Shown: one piece after another, positions 56,487-64,000 of the stretch
Layout: each line of letters opens with the position of its first letter
How positions within the stretch are numbered: the first letter of the stretch is position 1
Origin: the human T2T-CHM13v2.0 reference genome, Homo sapiens
DNA length: 64,000 nt
Strand: one strand, 5' to 3'
Assembly (NCBI RefSeq): GCF_009914755.1
Contig: NC_060948.1
Position numbers and translations under genes: made by a program
Notes under the pieces: generated by a model
The model's database searches: none
Told to the model about the DNA's origin: nothing
The model's input: the letters and a program-made list of their open reading frames with translations, nothing else

Positions 56487-56867
56487 GAATAATAACACAT
56501 CAGCATCGAAGGAGATGAGGGAACATGCATGATGGAGCTGTGGGAGAAGAATCCCCGCCACAAAACCGGCCCAGGATCCTGGGCACAGAGATATTTCCAC
56601 ACTCAACACACAGGGACTGAGGTGAAAGGAGACGGCTGGGTGGGATGGAGGAGATAAGGGAGGAGACCCCTGATCCACACAGCACAGCCATGTTTGGAGG
56701 GGAATCATAATGCTACGTAGGATGTCTAAGCTCTCCTCAAGATGCGAGGCTGGGAGTCCCTTTCCAGAGCCTCAGAGAGCATACTGGTCTTAGGTCCAGG
56801 TTACTGCCATTGAATGGTAGTAGGCACATCCCCACAGAACTGGGCTGGCATCTGTAGGGATCTACAT

Positions 56868-57098
56868 CAGTGGTTTTCCATTGGAGGCCTTTTTGTTTCC
56901 CCCTCCCCCAGGAACATATAGAAATGTCTGGAGGTATTTTTGGTTGTTATAACTGCGGTGGGGGGTATAGTGGGTACATCCATGTCAAGTGGGTGGAGCC
57001 CAGGGATCCTGCTCAACACGCTACAGTCCACAGCATGGCCTCACCACAGAGAATCATCCAGCTCCAGATGGACATACTGCCAAGGTTGACAAAGCCTG
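56868..57098. mobile_element. MER20 (hAT)
   Basis: cagtggtttt...aatgtctggaggtatttttggttgt...gtgggtggagcccagggatcctgctcaaca. Confidence 0.88.
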
Positions 57099-57164
57099 CC
57101 TTAGCATGACAGATTGTATGCATATGTGATCCATTTGTCTGTGTGCCTATCATCCAACTCACTT

Positions 57165-57700
57165 CCTATCATCTATCACCTACCATTTATCTATCAACTA
57201 TTTATAGAATATCTATCGACCTATTTACCACCTATCACCTACTTATCTACCGTCTATCATTTATCTATTTACCATTTACAATCAAGCATCTACTTATCTA
57301 TCTACCATCATTTATCTATTTACCATTTATCATCTATCATCTACTTATCTACCATCATTTATCTATTTACCATTTATTATCTATCAAGTACATATTTATC
57401 TATCATTTATCTATCTTTGATCATTATATAGCATCTGTTTACTCTCTATCTACTGTCTATCATCTACCTATCATCTATTGACCATCGATCATTTATCTAC
57501 CTGTCATCTATTACCTATCATTGATCACAATCTATCATTGACCATTACTATCTATCTAGCTATTATCTATCTAGCTATTTTCTGTCTAACTAATATCTAT
57601 CTATGTATCCATCATCTATCTATATCACAGTGGTTTTCAACTGAGCAAAATTTCGCCTCCTCAGGGACAACTGGCATATCTATCTATCTATCTATCTGTC
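57165..57700. repeat. Degenerate (TCTA/GATA)n tract with second MER20 start at 57628
   Basis: Directly visible. Confidence 0.93.
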
Positions 57701-57747
57701 TGTCATTTCCTCATTTATGAAATTGGGGTAATAACAATGCCTGCCTC

Positions 57748-57910
57748 AAAAATTGACAAATGAGATCTCATTAAACTAAAGAGCTTCTGCACAGCAAAAG
57801 AAACTATCATCAGAGCAAACAGGTAACCTACAGAATGGGAGAAAATTTTTGCAATCTATTCATCTGACAAAGGTCTAATGTCCAGAATCTACAAGGAACT
57901 TAAATAAATT
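57748..57910 (+). mobile_element. L1PA ORF2 internal fragment
   Basis: aaaattgacaaatg..attaaactaaagagcttctgcacagc. Confidence 0.92.
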
Positions 57911-58102
57911 CTCCTGCCTCAGCCTCCCTGGTAGCTGTGACTACAGGCAGCCACCACCACGCCTGGCTGATTTTTGTATTTTTAGTAGAGGCAGGGTTTC
58001 ACCATGTTGGCCAGGCTGGTCTCGAACTCCTGACCACAAATGATCCACCCATCTCGGCCTCCCAAAGTGCTGGGATTACAGGTGTGAGCCACCGTGCCTG
58101 GC
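57909..58102 (-). mobile_element. Alu, partial
   Basis: Left arm plus part of right arm. Confidence 0.93.
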
Positions 58103-58444
58103 CAGGTTTTGGCCTTTTTGATGCCACTTTGCTTTGACCTTTACTTCTTTCTCCTGTATGCCTAGAGAGTTCATCCTAAGAGCTTGTCCTCATATCACCT
58201 CCCAGAATATGCAAACTTACAATCTCTTTACTTCTTAAAATTTTACCTTGGGGCTACCAAGCTCTGAAGATGGAAGTGAGATTTCCTCAAAATACACAGA
58301 AATGGGTAAATCCTCACATGCTTTCACAGGTATGCAGTCTTTAACCTGAGGTAGCTCAGGGATACCTATGGCTCCCAGGATACTCCACCATAGCAAAGGG
58401 TGACTGCCTTTGGTGAGCCTTGGGTGGATACTAGAGCTCTGTGA

Positions 58445-58579
58445 ACACCGGGGCCTGTCGGGAGGTGGGGGGCAAGGGGAGGGAGAGCATTAGGACAAAT
58501 ACCTAATGCATGCTGGGCTTAAAACCTAGATGACGGGTTGATAGGTGTAGCAAACCACCATGGCACATGTATACATATG
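58445..58579 (+). mobile_element. L1PA 3'UTR internal fragment without tail
   Basis: acaccggggcctgtc...gcattaggacaaatacctaatgc...catggcacatgtatac. Confidence 0.92.
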
Positions 58580-58823
58580 AACTAGTTCTAGGAACAGTTC
58601 ACTGAACACTAGCGTTCTATGAACCCCCTCTCCCTGCCTGAAATGAATGCTGTCTTCACATGACATCCTACCCTCTGCCCAATGTCTTTCCCGAATGGGA
58701 ATCTCTTCACCACACGGCCAATTTATCACAAACCCTTCTCTAAACCCTTACAATAGGCAGGAAACTGCTCATACCCCTACGACGGCTGATGGCAGAGGAT
58801 AAAATATTAATTCTAAGAAAATA

Positions 58824-59136
58824 GGCCGGGTGTGGTGGCACACACCTTTAATCCCAGCACTTTGGGAGGCCGAGGCAGGTGGATCATCTGAGGTCAGGAA
58901 TTTGAGACCAGCCTGGCCAACCTAGTAAAACCCCATCTCTACTAAAAATACAAAACTAGCCAGGAGTGGTTGGGCATGGCTGTAATCCCAGCTACTCGGG
59001 AGGCTGACACAGAAGAATTACTTGAACCCAGAGGTGGAGGCTACGGTGAGCCGAGACCACGCCACTGCACTCCAGCCTGGGCAACAAGAGCGAAACTCAG
59101 TCTCAAAAAAAAAAAGAAAAGAAAAGAAAAAGAAAA
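58824..59136 (+). mobile_element. AluS
   Basis: TSD aagaaaatag. Confidence 0.95.
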
Positions 59137-59261
59137 TAGTTCAGGTAATTCTTGGAAATTGTATTTTTATACCCTCTAATATTTAAATGACCATCAATAT
59201 ACAACCAGGGTAGGGGGTTAATAAATAAAGGATAGCATTCTTTGCTGCATCCTGGGCTTAT

Positions 59262-59553
59262 TTTTCTCATTCTTTTTCTGTGACACTGTCTCATTCCATC
59301 AGCCAGGCTGAAGAGCAGTGGAGCAGTCACAGCTCACTGCAGCCTCCACCTCCTGGGCTCAAGCAATCCTCCTGCCTCAGCATCTTGAGAGGGAGACCAG
59401 AAGCATATGCCATCATACCCGGATAATTTTTTTTTTTTTTCCTGTAGAGACGAGATCTTGCTATGTTGCCCAGGCTAGTCTCAAATTCCTGGGCTCAAGT
59501 GATGCTCCCGCCTTGGCCTCCCAAAAGTGCTGGGATTACAGGCAGGAGCCACC
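59262..59553 (-). mobile_element. AluJ
   Basis: Diverged Alu. Confidence 0.9.
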
Positions 59554-59821
59554 ATGGATCATTCGTGTGTACAATATTCTCACTCCTTTGCACCGGAATA
59601 AAACCCAGCCCCCTGGAAAGCTGACTCTGAGACTTTGTGAGGATGTGTATGTGCGGTTTCTCATCTGAATGCAGCCATTTCACGAACACCAGCCATTCCC
59701 CAGGCTTCAGTTAAGCCATTCCCCATCAGGAAGATATAGGGCCCCCTTTCAAGAGGAACCACAATGGCTAAAACTACAATCTTCACAGCACACATGGCTT
59801 CAGCAAATACAGAGAGATGCT

Positions 59822-60130
59822 AGCCGGGCGCAGTGGCTCACACCTATAATCCCAGCACTTTGGGAGGCTGAGGTGGGCGGATCACAAAGTCAGGAGTTCA
59901 AGACCAGCCTGACCAACATGGTGAAATCCCGTCTCTACTAAAAATACAAAAATTAGCCACGCGTGGTGGTAGGTGCCTGTAATCCCAGCAACTCAGGAGG
60001 CTGAGGCAAGAGAATCGCTTGAACCTGGGAGGCAGAGGATGCAGTGAGCCAAGCTTGTGCCACTGCACTCCAGCCTGGGAGATAGAGCAAGACTGTCTCA
60101 AAAAAAAAAAGAAAAAAGAAAAAAAAAAAA
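59822..60130 (+). mobile_element. AluSg-like
   Basis: Full Alu. Confidence 0.95.
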
Positions 60131-60269
60131 GAACGATGCTACATTCTCAGAAAATTAGTTTTACATTGAAGCTTCATTTGGGAATTGAAAATAAGAACAG
60201 GGAAATACATTTTTCTTTTCTAGAGAAAATAAACAAGGACAAAGATGCATGGAAAATAATATTTTAAAT

Positions 60270-61640
<1,371 letters not shown>

Positions 61641-62094
61641 AGAATATTTTGAAACTACACATTGCCTTCTGTGTAAATTAAAAGCCAATGAAAGCCTCCT
61701 GATTTTCAGGGTGTCTCATTTCTACCCTATAGAAGCAAACCTACCACACCCTTCACTGAGGAGCCTTCGTGACCCTACCAAGGGGGAAAGAGCTTGTCTT
61801 TTCAATGAGTTTAAGAGCTTTGCTTCTGCGGTTGAAACTTCCCCCCAGCCAGCATTTCATGTTGAGAGACAGTGGCTAAGCTGATGTGGAAATAACACAA
61901 GAAATCTTGTCTGAAGATGGGTGATACCAACATCAGAACTGGAGACAGCAGGTACTGTGATTCAGGCGAAACTCTCACCACTAATTGGTGGAGAGAAGAA
62001 AAGAAAATGAGCAAATGAACTCTGATTTTGAAGAACTTCATTGAATCAGGCTTATCTTGATGTCTTGTGAGTCAACAAGATGCAGCTGGACTAG

Positions 62095-62619
<525 letters not shown>

Positions 62620-62770
62620 TGAAATGTGCATGACAGAGACCCCAAGGCTGTCTTTTCCAGCAGGAGCTCCGGGTTCATGACTGAGGATAGATGCTTCCCA
62701 ACCTGCTCCTCACTCTCCAAAGAGCTTGCAAGTGGGCACAGATGAACCAAGCTCACCTTCCTGACAATGA

Positions 62771-63133
<363 letters not shown>

Positions 63134-63737
63134 TGAGGGCTTTGTATTTTACGGAGACACAATCAGTCCATCATTCCACACAACTGTGCTGTTGGGAATC
63201 TGTGAAGGTTAAGAATTCCCCACTGCCTTTGTCTTCCAGAAAATGGTTTTACTGAAAAAAAAAAAAAAAAAATTCCCTTCCTCATTACTCACAGATGCTT
63301 CCAAGTCAGCCTAGGACAAGGCTGGCCACATCCTCCAAATTCACATTCTTTATTTGCCCCTTCAGGGATGGACTGAATTCCTCGTCTTCCTTGACCTGAA
63401 CAAAATTCCCATCTAACGTGATCACATTTTGGTTGGGTTTCTCTCCTCCTATCAGGCCCCGGGATGTTGGGCCAGCCTCACCTGGAGCAAACGTCAGAGG
63501 ATCAAGCAACGCTTCCTTAGGACCTGCTCAAAATTAGCTATGCAGCCACAGGGTTTGGCAGCTTTTATCCATGACTGAACCCCACATCGAACGACCCCAA
63601 TCACGGTTGTTCCGAGCATCACGTGCCTGTCCCTAGAAAAGAAAATGGTATGCTGCCTGCGCTCCAAGAGGCTCCCAGATGTCACTGCTCGGGTGTGCTT
63701 CATGGTGCTATAGGCAGCGTCCACCAGTGGTTGCATT

Positions 63738-64000
63738 AGTCCCTCCTCCTCTTGTTACAATAGTTCCTCCCCTATTACCATAATCCCTCCCCGCCATTAC
63801 CATAGTCCCCCCTCCTCCATTACCGTAGTCCCTCCTTCCGTTACCATAGACCCTCCTCCGTTACCACAGTCCCTTCTCCCGTTACCGTAGTCCCTCCCCA
63901 TTACCATAGTCCCTCCTCCATTACCATAGACCCTTCTACTTCTGTTACCATAGTCCCTCCTCCATTACCATAGACCCTCCTCCCGTTACTATAGTCCCTC
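63738..64000. repeat. ~20-bp minisatellite (ccctcctccattaccatagt)n running off window end
   Basis: Directly visible. Confidence 0.95.

Noticed and set aside
55380-56518. 370-aa repetitive ORF or CRISPR array
   Set aside because: Stop-free VNTR cycling through frames; no spacers
63306-63736. Two adjacent minus-strand ORFs (67 and 80 aa) in unique sequence
   Set aside because: No protein family recognised and lengths are within chance; would need BLASTX or RNA evidence

Overview
Human/great-ape genomic DNA, intergenic or deep-intronic. I can support no protein-coding gene, tRNA/rRNA or CRISPR array; the long ORFs in the track are Alu, L1, low-complexity or VNTR read-throughs. The window holds about 68 Alu copies/fragments (roughly 30% of bases by my estimate), ERV1/ERVL/MaLR LTRs (MER4, MER41B, LTR9/MER61-like, LTR19-like, MLT1, MLT2, MST, THE1), L1 fragments, DNA-transposon fossils (MER85, Tigger1, Tigger2a, MER58, MER1, MER20, MADE1), long polypurine tracts and minisatellites. 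Tandem MLT1B units and a long (TCTA/GATA)n tract suggest distal Xp22.3/PAR1 or a Y homolog (inference only). Repeat family names are from recalled consensus sequences, not a search. Best leads: (1) a 35-unit 32-bp VNTR carrying YY1 (GCCGCCATTTT) plus GATA motifs, and a second unrelated YY1 array inside an LTR9-like promoter; (2) an ancient MIR-bearing segment inside a young AluY, and a non-viral segment inside an LTR with intact target-site duplication (TSD), both candidate templated insertions; (3) a Tigger1 fragment with the architecture of an L1 twin-primed retrocopy; (4) a MER41B with tandem GAS sites and a MER85 retaining the PGBD3 palindrome. None is a demonstrated new biological system; they are testable hypotheses.
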